This document shows positions 1 to 11,416 of a DNA stretch of 64,000 nucleotides, one piece after another. Made by a program: the position numbers and the translations under genes. Each line of letters starts with the position of its first letter. Position 1 is the stretch's first letter. Source of the stretch: a virus. Under the pieces are notes generated by a model, which worked only from the letters and a program-made list of their open reading frames with translations, ran no database searches and had not been told where the DNA came from. Location: IMG/VR virus record IMGVR_UViG_3300044639_001144, one strand, 5' to 3'.

Positions 1-3000
1 TGGAATTGGATTCCGGCACCATCAGAGAGGCCATTGTTTAACACAATCCCCGATGTTGTAGTAATTGTTCCAGTTGCTGATATTAATCCGGCGGTTGATA
101 TATTACCGCCGGCTAAGTTTCCAGTGGCAGTAATTCCAAGGCCCGCTGTTATATTACCAACTGAACTAATACCTAAACTTGATACCCAAACGTTTGATGC
201 TGTGTTATATAATAATGTTGCGTATTCTGCGCCCGCAGGACCAACCCCAATACCGCCATTATTTGCTGCTGTTGCGTTAGCAGCATTGTTGGCCATATTA
301 ATTTGTAAATCATTTGTGGTAATTGTATTAGAATTAATTGTGGTTGTTGTACCATTGACAGTTAAGTTACCTGTAATAACAACGTTACCATCAGTACCAC
401 CCGATCCATTTGGATCAATAGTTAATGTTGGGCCAGCACCTACAATTAAGTTACCACTTAGTGTGATACCACCAACTGATATAGTTCCACTTGTTGTGAA
501 ATTACCACCAGTCGTGTTGCCTGTTACGCTTAAACTTGTTAATGTACCTAAACTAGTGACATTTGGCTGTGCCGCTGTAGCAAGAGTACCTGTAATTAAT
601 GTACCCGATAAATTACCGCCGGCAATATTACCAGTTGTACTGATTAATCCACTTGATGTTAAACTAGTTAATGTACCAACCGAAGTAATATTTGGTTGAG
701 CATTTGTAGTAACAGTAGCAGCAGTTCCAACCGCCGATCCTGCTGATACAGCAAATGTTGCGTTTGCTACAGTACCAGTTACGTTACCACCGGTTAATGA
801 TGTTAATGTAGAACCATTACCAATGTGATAGTTTGCTGTTATATTTCCAGTTGAACTAATCAATCCTGCTGTTAGAACATTACCGCCAGTTACATTAGCA
901 GTAGCACTTACAATACCTGCTGTTAAAATATTACCATGTATTGCGTTGCCAGTACTTGACATAATACCGGCAGTTAAGATATTTCCGCCTGTTACGTTAC
1001 CTGTAGCAGTTACTAGACCAGCAGTTGTAATATTTCCACCAACAACGTTTGCTGCTGATGTAATTGTTGAAGTTGCTGAAATCAATCCAGCTGTTAATAA
1101 GTTACCGCCAGTTACGTTTGCAGTTACCGAAACTACAGCACCTAAATGACTTGATCCTGTGATAGTTCCTGTTGAACTAATCAATCCTGCTGTTAATAAA
1201 TTGCCGCCAGTAATATTACCATTTCCAGCTATAGTTCCAAGTACACTAACACCAGTTGGTGAAAATACAGCAACGTTACCGACTGTGCTAACTGATATAG
1301 TTACATTGGCGTTTGCCGCAGCAATGTTTAAATTACTTCCACCGTTTACAACGTTAGATACACTTGTAATAATACCAGTAAGTTGCGATCCATTACCCAG
1401 TATAAAGTTACCAGTAATATTTCCGGTTGCTGAAACTAAGCCGGCTGTTAAGATATTGCCGTGTATTGCATTGCCAGTACTTGACATTATACCGGCTGTT
1501 AGGATATTTCCACCAATAACATTACCTGCTGCGCTGAACAATGCGCTTGCTGCAAGAATAGCAGCGGTTACAGTTAATGTGCCGGCACCAGTCGTGCCAG
1601 TATTACCAGAAGCTTGTATACGAGCATCAAAATCAACATAATTAGCACTAGAATTAAAATCAATATAAGGAGTAGTAGCAGATGCGTTGTTAGCTTGAAA
1701 TCCTAATGTTAAAGATCCTCCTCCATCTGTACCTAATCCTACTCTACCAGTGGCAGTATTAGCAGTAACCGATGCTGCGACTGTAGCACCAGTAACTGAG
1801 GTACTTGAACCTGTAATAACACCGCCAACTACGCTAGCTGCGGTTACTATTCCAGCAGAACTAACTGCTCCTGCTGTTAGGATATTTCCGCCAGTTACGT
1901 TACCAGTAGCAGTTATTAATCCAGCTGTTAGGATATTTCCATGTATTGCGTTGCCAGTACTTGACATTAATCCAGCTGTTAATATGTTACCACCAGTAAT
2001 ATTTGCTGCTGATGTAATTGTGCTCGTAGCTGAAATTAGGCCAGCAGTTAAAATATTGCCATGTATTGCGTTACCAGTACTGCTCATAATACCGGCAGTT
2101 AATATATTACCACCAGTAATATTTGCTGCTGATGTAATTGTGCTAGTAGCTGAAATTAGGCCAGCAGTTAAAATATTGCCATGTATTGCGTTGCCAGTAC
2201 TTGACATAATACCGGCAGTTAAGATATTACCATGTATCGCATTACCAGTACTGCTCATAATACCGGGAGTTAGTATATTTCCAGTTGTTAAATTACCAAT
2301 TCCGCCAGTTATATTGCCAGTAGTTGAAAGTGTTGCCGCAGCCAACGTTATAGTAGTTACGTTTGACACAGTATTCATTTTTATACCATTAGTTCCGCCT
2401 GCCCATGGTATAATTGAAAATCCTACATTACCTATAGTAGGACCTGTAGTTAATATTGCTATGTCACCATTTGACTGTAAGCTGTTAAATGATCCAGCAG
2501 AAATATTGGGCAGTATAGAAATTGTATTTCCAGCATTAGTAACACTAAATGCCGCGCCAGTTCCTTGTGGCGCTGTGTCTGTGATAGATACTAATGTATT
2601 AACAGCAGCATTACCTGAAACAACTACTCTACTTGTTACAATGTTACCGCCGTTTATATTTCCAGTTGCTGAAATTAATCCAGCTGTTCTGACATTACCT
2701 GCTTGAACATTTCCTGTAACACTTAAATTAGCACCTGTGTTAACATTACCAGTTCCATTTGGAGTTAACACAATGTTAGCATTACCTGCACTAGTTTGAA
2801 TATCTAATTGACCGGAATCAGTAATTGCTCCACTCAATAGTAAGTTACCACCAGTAATATTGCCGGTTGATACAGTTAAACTTGTTCCAGTTAATGCTGC
2901 GCCTGTTATGGCGCCAGTTGAACTAATTAAACCTGCTGTTAGAAGATTGCCACCAGTAATGTTAGCGGCACTTGTGATAGTACTTGTTGCTGATATTAAT

Positions 3001-3590
3001 CCGGCAGTAAGTATGTTACCACCTAATATATTACCAGTAGCAGTTAATAATCCAGCAGATAAAATATTAGCGCCATTTATATTGCCAGTTGCCGTGAATG
3101 CTGATGCGCCTAATATTCCACTAATTGGAACAAAAGTTAAAAATGGTGAATTCCAAATTGTCTGAGCGTTAGCACCGTCATCTGCAACAAAATCAATGTA
3201 AAAAGTATTTGCCGAGCCGCTAAATGTTGTGTTTATAGTATTGGCAACAACGTTAGTTAGTAGGTTACCATTACCAAATAGGTAATTGCCAACAATGTTG
3301 CCCGTTGTACTGATTAAACCAGACGATGTTAAACTAGTTAATGTTCCTACTGATGTAATATTCGGTTGAGCATTGGTAGTAACTGTTTGAGCAGTAGTAA
3401 CTGTGCCGGAAATATTACCTACGATATAATTACCGTAGATATTTCCAGCAGCTGATATATTACCAGATGCACCAATATTAACAAATCCCGTCGCAGACCT
3501 AGTCCACGTGTTGTTAGCAGTGGAAAATACGTAAACAATATTGTTTACGGTTGCGGTTTGCCCATTTACGGGCGATACGGGAAATGCCAT
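1..3590 (-). CDS. Long fibre/appendage protein, runs off the left window edge (>1190 aa); absent from the ORF track
   Basis: ATG at 3590-3588 overlaps the upstream stop (TAATG). It begins MAFPVSPVNGQTATVNNIVYVFS..., paralogous to the N-terminus of 3590..10246. It has G-N-[IV]-T repeats and a tail-fibre-type PYIDFNSSANYVDFDARIQ motif near 1615-1670. The frame is still open at the window edge (spot-checked, not every codon read). Confidence 0.8.
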   Translation of the reverse strand, partial: MAFPVSPVNGQTATVNNIVYVFSTANNTWTRSATGFVNIGASGNISAAGNIYGNYIVGNISGTVTTAQTVTTNAQPNITSVGTLTSLTSSGLISTTGNIVGNYLFGNGNLLTNVVANTINTTFSGSANTFYIDFVADDGANAQTIWNSPFLTFVPISGILGASAFTATGNINGANILSAGLLTATGNILGGNILTAGLISATSTITSAANITGGNLLTAGLISSTGAITGAALTGTSLTVSTGNITGGNLLLSGAITDSGQLDIQTSAGNANIVLTPNGTGNVNTGANLSVTGNVQAGNVRTAGLISATGNINGGNIVTSRVVVSGNAAVNTLVSITDTAPQGTGAAFSVTNAGNTISILPNISAGSFNSLQSNGDIAILTTGPTIGNVGFSIIPWAGGTNGIKMNTVSNVTTITLAAATLSTTGNITGGIGNLTTGNILTPGIMSSTGNAIHGNILTAGIMSSTGNAIHGNILTAGLISATSTITSAANITGGNILTAGIMSSTGNAIHGNILTAGLISATSTITSAANITGGNILTAGLMSSTGNAIHGNILTAGLITATGNVTGGNILTAGAVSSAGIVTAASVVGGVITGSSTSVTGATVAASVTANTATGRVGLGTDGGGSLTLGFQANNASATTPYIDFNSSANYVDFDARIQASGNTGTTGAGTLTVTAAILAASALFSAAGNVIGGNILTAGIMSSTGNAIHGNILTAGLVSATGNITGNFILGNGSQLTGIITSVSNVVNGGSNLNIAAANANVTISVSTVGNVAVFSPTGVSVLGTIAGNGNITGGNLLTAGLISSTGTITGSSHLGAVVSVTANVTGGNLLTAGLISATSTITSAANVVGGNITTAGLVTATGNVTGGNILTAGIMSSTGNAIHGNILTAGIVSATANVTGGNVLTAGLISSTGNITANYHIGNGSTLTSLTGGNVTGTVANATFAVSAGSAVGTAATVTTNAQPNITSVGTLTSLTSSGLISTTGNIAGGNLSGTLITGTLATAAQPNVTSLGTLTSLSVTGNTTGGNFTTSGTISVGGITLSGNLIVGAGPTLTIDPNGSGGTDGNVVITGNLTVNGTTTTINSNTITTNDLQINMANNAANATAANNGGIGVGPAGAEYATLLYNTASNVWVSSLGISSVGNITAGLGITATGNLAGGNISTAGLISATGTITTTSGIVLNNGLSDGAGIQF

Positions 3591-6500
3591 TAATACCTTC
3601 CGACAGCTACTTCAATTACTCCTGTTGAATCTAAATCATAATTCTCTAGAGCTTTGCCAATGATACATCCTGGCAAGTATTTAGTGATATCTAAAGCAGT
3701 TGCTACACCTTTTATATCACTAGCAACTAATCTGTCTCCTTTTCTAATTGTTCCTACTACACTACATGGAACACGCCCAGTTAATGCTACTGGCAAACCA
3801 ACTGCACCTGAGTTCATTAAGTAAGCAGGAGCTGTTGAAATAATACCAGCTACTCTTGTATCATGTGATACAGTTGACGCAGTAATTTCATCAGCACCAC
3901 CAAATATAACTAGTGTTCCAGGAGCATATCCAGCATCAGCAATATAAGTTTCAGCTAAGTCGGCGTATTGTGCTGATGTTGATTTAGCAAATACTGTGTT
4001 AAAGTAGTTACTTGCCGAACCAATGTTACCTACCGCGTTAGCATTTGAATTAACAATATTTCCTACAGTAATTGTTCCAGTGCCGACTGATAAATTGCCA
4101 CCAATTACATTTCCTGTTATACTAACATTACTAGAAACTGTGACTATACCTGTGCCATTTGGAGTCAACGCAATATTTCCATTACTGCCCGTTATGATAG
4201 TTAATGCCCCAGTATCAACAATATTGCCTGTTACGTTTAAATTACCGCCTGATACATTACCTGTAGCACTAATTAATCCAGCAGTAGTAATATTACCACC
4301 AATTACGTTTCCAGTTGCGCTGACAATACCAGTTACATATTGTCCCGTAGTTGCCCAAACAACAACGTTTGGTGTTCCGGCTACGCCAACTGTAATGTTA
4401 GCACTAGCACTAGCAGTTACGTTACTTGTACCGTTTGTAATAGCATTAAATGTGCCATTCATTCCAGTTGATGCACCAAAATCATCAATCCAGTAGTAAC
4501 TTGTACCGTCAAATGTAAAGCGATACTGTACGTTTGTATCAGTGTTGTACCAGAAGTCACCCACGCTTGGGCTGCTTGGAGCAGTAGAGCTTGATGTTGA
4601 GCGTATACCACCACCAAATATGTTACCTGATGTGCTAATAATACCAGAAGAAACAATGTTTCCGCCAGTTATATTACCAGTTGAGCTAACGATACCTGCT
4701 GTTAGAATATTTCCACCAGTTATATTAGCTGCCGAAGTAATTGTACTTGTAGCTGAAATCAATCCAGCTGTTAATACATTACCACCAGTTACGTTACCAC
4801 TAACACTTAATAAACCAGTTACATATTCACCAGTTGGGGCAAACACAACTACGTTGCCAACACCACTTACTGATATGGTTACGTTAGCGGCAGCAGCGGA
4901 AATATTAACATTACTGTTGCCGTTTGTTACGTTTGATACTGATGTAATGATACCAGTTAATTGACTACCGTTACCAAGTATAAAGTTACCAGTTATGTTG
5001 CCAGTAGCACTAATAATACCAGCTGTTAGAATATTTCCACCAGCAACGTTTCCAGTAGCTGATACTAGTCCAGCTGTTCTGACATTACCTGCTTGGACAT
5101 TACCAGTAACACTTAAATTAGCTCCAGTATTAACATTACCTGTGCCGTTTGGAGTTAATACAATGTTAGCATTACCTGCACTAGTTTGAATATCTAATTG
5201 GCCAGAATCAGTAATTGCACCACTTAGCAGCAAGTTTCCGCCGGTAATATTGCCGGTTGATACTGTTAAACTTGTGCCAGTTAGTGCTGCACCTGTAATA
5301 GCACCAGTAGCTGAAATTAATCCTGCTGTTGTAATATTACCACCGATAATATTAGCAGCACTAGTAATTGTACTTGTTGCTGAAATTAATCCAGCTGTTA
5401 ATAAGTTACCGCCTATAATATTGGCAGCACTAGTAATTGTACTTGTTGCTGAAATTAATCCAGCTGTTAAGATATTACCATGTATGGCATTACCAGTACT
5501 TGACATAATACCAGCGGTCAATACATTACCGCCAGTTACGTTACCAGTAGCCGTTACTAAACCAGCGGTAGTAATATTACCACCAATTACGTTTGCTGCT
5601 GATGTAATTGTTCCTGTTGAACTAATCAATCCAGCTGTTAGTAAGTTAGCACCAACTACGTTACCGGTTACACTTAATACGTTACCTACTGTGTTAAAAG
5701 TTAATCCAGCTGTAGCAGCTAAATTGCCGCTATTATTAAATTGTACTTGTGTGTTTGCTCCTGCTGCCGTTACGTTACCACTAATACTACCCGCAAATGT
5801 TCCTACAAAGAAACCGGCTGTAGTAATATTACCTGTAGCACTTACTTGTCCAGCTGTTAAGATGTTGCCGTGTATAGCATTACCAGTACTTGACATAATG
5901 CCAGCTGTTAATACGTTGCCACCCGCTAAGTTTCCTGTAGCAGTAATACCAAGTCCAGCTGTTACATTACCGACTGAGCTAATACCTAAGCTAGATATCC
6001 AAACATTTGATGCTGTATTATACAACCATGTTGCATATTCTGCTCCTACTGGGCCAACACCAATACCGCCATTATTTGCCGCAGTAGAGTTAGCAGCATT
6101 ATTGGCCATGTTAATTTGTAAATCGTTTGTGGTAATTGTATTAGAATTAATTGTAGTCGTTGTACCATTAACGGTTAAGTTACCTGTAATGACCACGTTA
6201 CCATCTGTGCCACCTGATCCATTTGGATCAATAGTTAGTGTTGGACCTGCACCAACGATTGTGTTTCCACTAATTACAATTCCACCAACTGATAAAGTTC
6301 CACCTGTTGTGAAATTGCCACCTGTAGTATTACCAGTAATACTTAAACTTGTTAAAGTGCCAACTGAGGTAACATTTGGCTGTGCCGCTGTAGCTAATGT
6401 GCCAGTAACTAATGTGCCTGATAAATTACCACCTGTAATATTACCAGTGGCACTAATTAATCCAGCTGTTGTAACGTTGCCACCAATAACGTTTCCAGTG

Positions 6501-9500
6501 GCACTCGCTAATCCTGCTGTTAAAATATTGCCATGTATCGCATTACCTGTGCTTGACATGATGCCAGCTGTTAATACATTGCCACCAGTTACATTACCAG
6601 TAGCAGTTATTAGTCCGGCAGTTGAAATATTGCCACCAACAACGTTTGCTGCTGATGTAATTGTACTTGTTGCTGAAATCAATCCAGCTGTTAAAATATT
6701 ACCATGTATCGCATTACCAGTACTTGACATAATACCAGCAGTTAGTATATTGCCGCCTGTGATATTAGCAGCACTTGTGATAGTCGAAGTTGCTGAAATC
6801 AATCCAGCTGTTAATAAATTTCCGCCAGTTACATTACCACTTGCACTAATTGGTCCAGTAAAGTTTACGCCTGAGTCATAAAATACAGCAACTACGTTTG
6901 AACTTGCCCCAATACCAATACTTAAATTGCTACCACTAGTTGGAATATTAGCATAACTTCCGCCGTTGCTGATTTTGCTTGACGAAGCAGCTACGTTAAT
7001 ACCCGATAATAATGCGCCATTACCTAAGAAATAATTAGCTGTCGTAACGTTACCAGTAGCTGAAATTAATCCCACTGTAGTTACATTACCACCAATTACG
7101 TTGCCGGAAGCACTAACAACAGTACCTAATAAACTTGAACCGGTTACTGTGCCAGTAGCACTAACTAATCCGGCTGTTAATAAATTACCGCCTGTAATAT
7201 TTGCTGCTGAGGTAATTGTGCTTGTTGCGCTGATTAATCCTGCTGTTAAAACATTACCGCCAGTTACGTTACCAGATGCACTGACAACTCCCGTTACGTT
7301 AACGCCGGTCGCTGTGAATACTACAACATTACTTGTTCCGCTAATAGTAATATTAGCGTTACCGTTTAGTGCTGTGGTAATATTAGTATTACCGTTTGTT
7401 AATGCTGTTCCTGCCGTTGAGCTAATACCAGTTAGTTGACTACCGTTACCAATAAAGAAATTACCAGTTACATTACCAGTAGCAGTTATTAATCCAGCTG
7501 TTAAAATATTGCCATGTATCGCATTACCAGCACTACTCATAATACCAGCAGTTAATACATTTCCGCCGGTTACGTTACCGGTAGCAGTTACTAACCCAGC
7601 CGTTGTAATATTACCACCAACTACGTTTGCCGCTGATGTAATAGTACTCGTAGCACTAATTAATCCAGCTGTTAATAAGTTACCACCGACAATATTAGCA
7701 GCACTTGTAATAGTACTCGTAGCACTAATTAATCCAGCTGTTAGTAAATTGCCACCTGTAATATTTGCTGCACTTGTAATAGTACTTGTTGCTGAAATTA
7801 ATCCCGCTGTTAAAACATTACCACCAGTTACATTACCTGTAGCAGTTACCAAGCCAGCCGTAGTAATATTACCGCCAACAATATTGGCCGCTGATGTGAT
7901 AGTGCTTGTTGCTGATATTAACCCAGCAGTTAGTAAGTTACCGCCAGTAACATTTCCCGTAGCTGATACTAGTCCAGCTGTTCTGACATTACCCGCTTGA
8001 ACATTTCCTGTAACACTTACGTTAGCGCCTGTATTAACATTACCTGTTCCATTAGGAGTTAACACAATGTTAGCATTACCTGCACTAGTTTGAATATCTA
8101 ATTGACCTGAGTCAGTAATTGCTCCACTCAATAATAAGTTACCACCAGTAATATTACCGGTTGATACTGTTAAACTTGTTCCAGTTAATGCTGCGCCTGT
8201 TATGGCACCAGTTGAACTAATTAAACCTGCTGTTAGAAAATTACCACCGTAAACGTTGCCAGTTGCTGTTAATGTAGTTGATGCAATTACATTAGCGCCA
8301 GTGATGTTACCACTTGCGCCTGTTGTTGAAAAATTAGCACCAGTAATATTACCGCCAGCACTAATGTCAGTTATTGCGCCAATATTATTGCCATATACAT
8401 TACCAGACGCACTAACAACAGTACCCAATAAACTTGATCCTGTTACTGTGCCAGTAGCACTTACTAAACCAACAGTAGTAATATTACCACCAATTACGTT
8501 TGCGGCTGATGTAATTGTTCCTGTTGAACTAATCAATCCTGCTGTTAGTAAATTACCGCCGGCAATATTACCGGCTACAGTTAATACATTACCCACTGTG
8601 TTAAATGTCAATCCAGCAGTAGCAGCTAAGTTACCACTATTATTAAATTGTACCTGTGTATTGGCACCAGCAGCAGTTACGTTACCGCTAATACTACCCG
8701 CAAATGTACCAACGAAGAATCCAGCCGTTGTAATATTACCAGTTGCTGATACTATGCCAGCTGTTAAAATATTTCCATGTATGGCGTTACCTGTGCTGCT
8801 CATCACACCAGCAGTTAAAATATTACCGCCATATACGTTGCCGGTTGCAGTAACGCCAGCACCGGTTGTTAGGTTACCAACTGCACTAATACCTAAACTA
8901 GATACCCAGACATTTGAGGCTGTGTTGTACAATAATGTTGCATATTCAGCACCTAACGGACCTACTCCAATACCGCCATTGTTAGCCGCTGTTGCATTGG
9001 CCGCATTATTGGCCATGTTAATTTGTAAATCGTTTGTGGTAATTGTATTTGAGTTAATAGTAGTTGTTGTACCATTAACGGTCAAGTTACCTGTAATGAC
9101 CACGTTACCATCTGTGCCACCTGATCCATTTGGATCAATAGTTAGAGTTGGACCTGCTCCTACAATTGTATTGCCGCTTATTACAATACCACCAACTGAT
9201 AGTGTTCCGCTTGTAGTAAAGTTACCACCTGTAGTATTGCCAGTAACACTTAAACTTGTTAATGTACCTAAACTAGTAACGTTAGGTTGTGCGATAGTAG
9301 TTAATGTACCAGTAACCAATGTACCTGATAAATTACCACCAGTAATATTGCCCGATGCGCTAATAACACCTGTTACATATTCACCAGTCGGAGAAAATAC
9401 AGCAACATTGCCTACGCCACTTACTGAAACAGTTATGTTCGCAGCAGCAGCGGCAATATTAACATTACTATTGCCATTTGTTACGTTTGATACTGATGTA

Positions 9501-10246
9501 ATAACACCAGTTAATTGTGAACCATTGCCTAAAATATAGTTACCAGTTACGTTGCCAGTTGCTGAAACTAATCCGGCAGTTGTGATATTGCCACCAATTA
9601 CGTTACCGCTTGCTGATACAACAGTACCTAGTACACTTGATCCTGTAACAGTTCCTGTTGCTGAAACTAACCCAGCTGTTGTAATATTGCCACCAATTAA
9701 ATTGCCGGTAGCACTTACCGCACCACTTGAAAATACATTACCAAGTGAAATGTTACCATTAGCATTGGTGACTGGAATAGCATTTCCGGCATAAGTCAGT
9801 TGAGTAGCATTTCCAGTTAACTGAACTCCGCCGATATAAATTGATGTATTGCTTACATAAAGATGTTGCCAAGTATTTGTCGCATTACCTAATGAATATG
9901 TGTTAGCAGCAGATGGAATAATGTTGCCATTAAATCCTGTGCTTAAATAAGCTAAAACGTTGCTGTTGCTGTATGCACCAACAATACTATTAGCAGTAAT
10001 ACCTGTTAATTGACTACCATTACCAAAGTAATAGTTACCAGTAATATTTCCCAGTGCGCTAACAATGCCACTTGTAAGAATATTACCGCCTACGACATTT
10101 CCGCCTGCCGAAATATTAGCTGAAGCCGACAGATTTACGAATCCTGTGGCAGTTCTTGTCCATGCGTTAGACGCAGATGAGTAAACATATGTTATATTAT
10201 TAACTACTGCTGTCTGTCCGTCGGTTGGTGAGGTTGGAAATGCCAT
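3590..10246 (-). CDS. 2218-aa Gly/Asn/Thr-rich fibre protein with C-terminal intramolecular-chaperone/autocleavage domain (Peptidase_G2-like)
   Basis: Dozens of TAGLISATGN[IV]TGGN repeats. C-terminus STSAQYADLAE...VALTGRVPC...KGD.LV...IGKALE is typical of phage fibre chaperone domains. A perfect TATAAATA lies upstream. Confidence 0.8.
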   Translation of the reverse strand: MAFPTSPTDGQTAVVNNITYVYSSASNAWTRTATGFVNLSASANISAGGNVVGGNILTSGIVSALGNITGNYYFGNGSQLTGITANSIVGAYSNSNVLAYLSTGFNGNIIPSAANTYSLGNATNTWQHLYVSNTSIYIGGVQLTGNATQLTYAGNAIPVTNANGNISLGNVFSSGAVSATGNLIGGNITTAGLVSATGTVTGSSVLGTVVSASGNVIGGNITTAGLVSATGNVTGNYILGNGSQLTGVITSVSNVTNGNSNVNIAAAAANITVSVSGVGNVAVFSPTGEYVTGVISASGNITGGNLSGTLVTGTLTTIAQPNVTSLGTLTSLSVTGNTTGGNFTTSGTLSVGGIVISGNTIVGAGPTLTIDPNGSGGTDGNVVITGNLTVNGTTTTINSNTITTNDLQINMANNAANATAANNGGIGVGPLGAEYATLLYNTASNVWVSSLGISAVGNLTTGAGVTATGNVYGGNILTAGVMSSTGNAIHGNILTAGIVSATGNITTAGFFVGTFAGSISGNVTAAGANTQVQFNNSGNLAATAGLTFNTVGNVLTVAGNIAGGNLLTAGLISSTGTITSAANVIGGNITTVGLVSATGTVTGSSLLGTVVSASGNVYGNNIGAITDISAGGNITGANFSTTGASGNITGANVIASTTLTATGNVYGGNFLTAGLISSTGAITGAALTGTSLTVSTGNITGGNLLLSGAITDSGQLDIQTSAGNANIVLTPNGTGNVNTGANVSVTGNVQAGNVRTAGLVSATGNVTGGNLLTAGLISATSTITSAANIVGGNITTAGLVTATGNVTGGNVLTAGLISATSTITSAANITGGNLLTAGLISATSTITSAANIVGGNLLTAGLISATSTITSAANVVGGNITTAGLVTATGNVTGGNVLTAGIMSSAGNAIHGNILTAGLITATGNVTGNFFIGNGSQLTGISSTAGTALTNGNTNITTALNGNANITISGTSNVVVFTATGVNVTGVVSASGNVTGGNVLTAGLISATSTITSAANITGGNLLTAGLVSATGTVTGSSLLGTVVSASGNVIGGNVTTVGLISATGNVTTANYFLGNGALLSGINVAASSSKISNGGSYANIPTSGSNLSIGIGASSNVVAVFYDSGVNFTGPISASGNVTGGNLLTAGLISATSTITSAANITGGNILTAGIMSSTGNAIHGNILTAGLISATSTITSAANVVGGNISTAGLITATGNVTGGNVLTAGIMSSTGNAIHGNILTAGLASATGNVIGGNVTTAGLISATGNITGGNLSGTLVTGTLATAAQPNVTSVGTLTSLSITGNTTGGNFTTGGTLSVGGIVISGNTIVGAGPTLTIDPNGSGGTDGNVVITGNLTVNGTTTTINSNTITTNDLQINMANNAANSTAANNGGIGVGPVGAEYATWLYNTASNVWISSLGISSVGNVTAGLGITATGNLAGGNVLTAGIMSSTGNAIHGNILTAGQVSATGNITTAGFFVGTFAGSISGNVTAAGANTQVQFNNSGNLAATAGLTFNTVGNVLSVTGNVVGANLLTAGLISSTGTITSAANVIGGNITTAGLVTATGNVTGGNVLTAGIMSSTGNAIHGNILTAGLISATSTITSAANIIGGNLLTAGLISATSTITSAANIIGGNITTAGLISATGAITGAALTGTSLTVSTGNITGGNLLLSGAITDSGQLDIQTSAGNANIVLTPNGTGNVNTGANLSVTGNVQAGNVRTAGLVSATGNVAGGNILTAGIISATGNITGNFILGNGSQLTGIITSVSNVTNGNSNVNISAAAANVTISVSGVGNVVVFAPTGEYVTGLLSVSGNVTGGNVLTAGLISATSTITSAANITGGNILTAGIVSSTGNITGGNIVSSGIISTSGNIFGGGIRSTSSSTAPSSPSVGDFWYNTDTNVQYRFTFDGTSYYWIDDFGASTGMNGTFNAITNGTSNVTASASANITVGVAGTPNVVVWATTGQYVTGIVSATGNVIGGNITTAGLISATGNVSGGNLNVTGNIVDTGALTIITGSNGNIALTPNGTGIVTVSSNVSITGNVIGGNLSVGTGTITVGNIVNSNANAVGNIGSASNYFNTVFAKSTSAQYADLAETYIADAGYAPGTLVIFGGADEITASTVSHDTRVAGIISTAPAYLMNSGAVGLPVALTGRVPCSVVGTIRKGDRLVASDIKGVATALDITKYLPGCIIGKALENYDLDSTGVIEVAVGRY

Positions 10247-10274
10247 TATGAATCCTTTGTTAAACTGCTATTCT

Positions 10275-10282
10275 TATTTATA
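10275..10282 (-). promoter_or_regulatory. T4-type late promoter TATAAATA
   Basis: Perfect consensus upstream of the 2218-aa fibre gene. The core TAAATA also occurs on the minus strand at 11356, 17883, 21579, 22727, 28387, 29396, 30388, 31792, 31920, 32706, 37024, 38892 and 51647, and on the plus strand at 22772, 23960, 51716, 59571 and 59985. Confidence 0.8.
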
Positions 10283-10296
10283 GTATCGTACATACG

Positions 10297-11334
10297 TTAC
10301 CATGTGCCTATAGGAGATCGTTTCCATGTGTTTGTGGCTATACAAACGTATACATAGTTAGAATCCCATGCTATTTGCCCTGCTACTCCCGTGGCCGAAC
10401 TACTAGCCGGAGTGAAACTTGTTGTTACATTTAATGCTGATGTATAAAATCCTGTGTTGGCAAAAACTGCTACATTACTGGTACCATTAATGCTAACCGC
10501 AGCATTTGAATTAGTATTAGCAATGGTAATATTACTAGTTCCATTAGTAACTGCACTAAACGAACCGTTAATTCCTAAGGTTGAGCCATAATCATCTAAC
10601 CAAAAATAGTCTGTTCCATCAAAAGTATAGCGATATTGTGCGTTTGTACTAGTATCGTACCAAAAATCACCCACGCTAGGATTACTAGGAGGTGTTGGAC
10701 TAGAAGTTGATCGTATACCACCACCAAATATATTGCCAGCAGCACTGATAATATTAGTGGCAAAAACACTATTACCTGTTATATTTCCAGTAACACTTGG
10801 ATTGTTTGACAAACTAAATGTAATAATGTCAGCAGCAGCGTTGCCTGTAATTGAAATATTATTGCCGCTTCCAAAAGATACTGTGCTACTAACACCGTTG
10901 GCAACAACATTTCCGCTGCCAACTACATTAATAATACTAAATGAATTGCCTGTATTTTGTAGAAAAGTTAATCCTGTAATTCCTATTACAATAGGATCGT
11001 CAGTGACTAATTTCCAAGAAGTATCGCCCCATTCGGTACCTTCTGTGACCATTACAATCATACCAGCATTAATTTCACCGGTTTGATTGGCATCAGATGT
11101 TCTTACCCAAGTTCCATTGCTACCAGAACCAACTGTAGCAACATCATACAGTCCATTTTGACTGGTAGTAGTTTGTCCTGTAACTAGTATACGATCACCC
11201 GCGACGAGGCTTACACCATCAACTGTACTAGGAGCTCCGCCCCCAAGTGCTACATTTGTTGTTGTAAGAACTCTAACCGATTGTTTATAATCAATGTCTG
11301 ATATCTGTTCAGCACGGATTCGTGTTAAGCCCAT
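10297..11334 (-). CDS. Virion fibre-associated structural protein (345 aa)
   Basis: VDGVSLVAGDRILVTGQ..QNGLY fibre module. PSNPSVGDFWYDT repeat is shared with 3590..10246, and the C-terminal GQIAWDSNYVYVC...WKR motif is shared with 17905..19548. Confidence 0.7.
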   Translation of the reverse strand: MGLTRIRAEQISDIDYKQSVRVLTTTNVALGGGAPSTVDGVSLVAGDRILVTGQTTTSQNGLYDVATVGSGSNGTWVRTSDANQTGEINAGMIVMVTEGTEWGDTSWKLVTDDPIVIGITGLTFLQNTGNSFSIINVVGSGNVVANGVSSTVSFGSGNNISITGNAAADIITFSLSNNPSVTGNITGNSVFATNIISAAGNIFGGGIRSTSSPTPPSNPSVGDFWYDTSTNAQYRYTFDGTDYFWLDDYGSTLGINGSFSAVTNGTSNITIANTNSNAAVSINGTSNVAVFANTGFYTSALNVTTSFTPASSSATGVAGQIAWDSNYVYVCIATNTWKRSPIGTW

Positions 11335-11364
11335 CTATTTTCCTGTTATTAGTATTATTTAGTT

Positions 11365-11387
11365 AAAACAAAGGGACCATAGGTCCC
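11365..11387 (-). terminator. Intrinsic terminator after 11417..17863
   Basis: GGGACC-TAT-GGTCCC-TTTGTTTT. Confidence 0.7.
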
Positions 11388-11416
11388 AGTGTTTTTAAAT
11401 TAAGTTGGGTTATAGA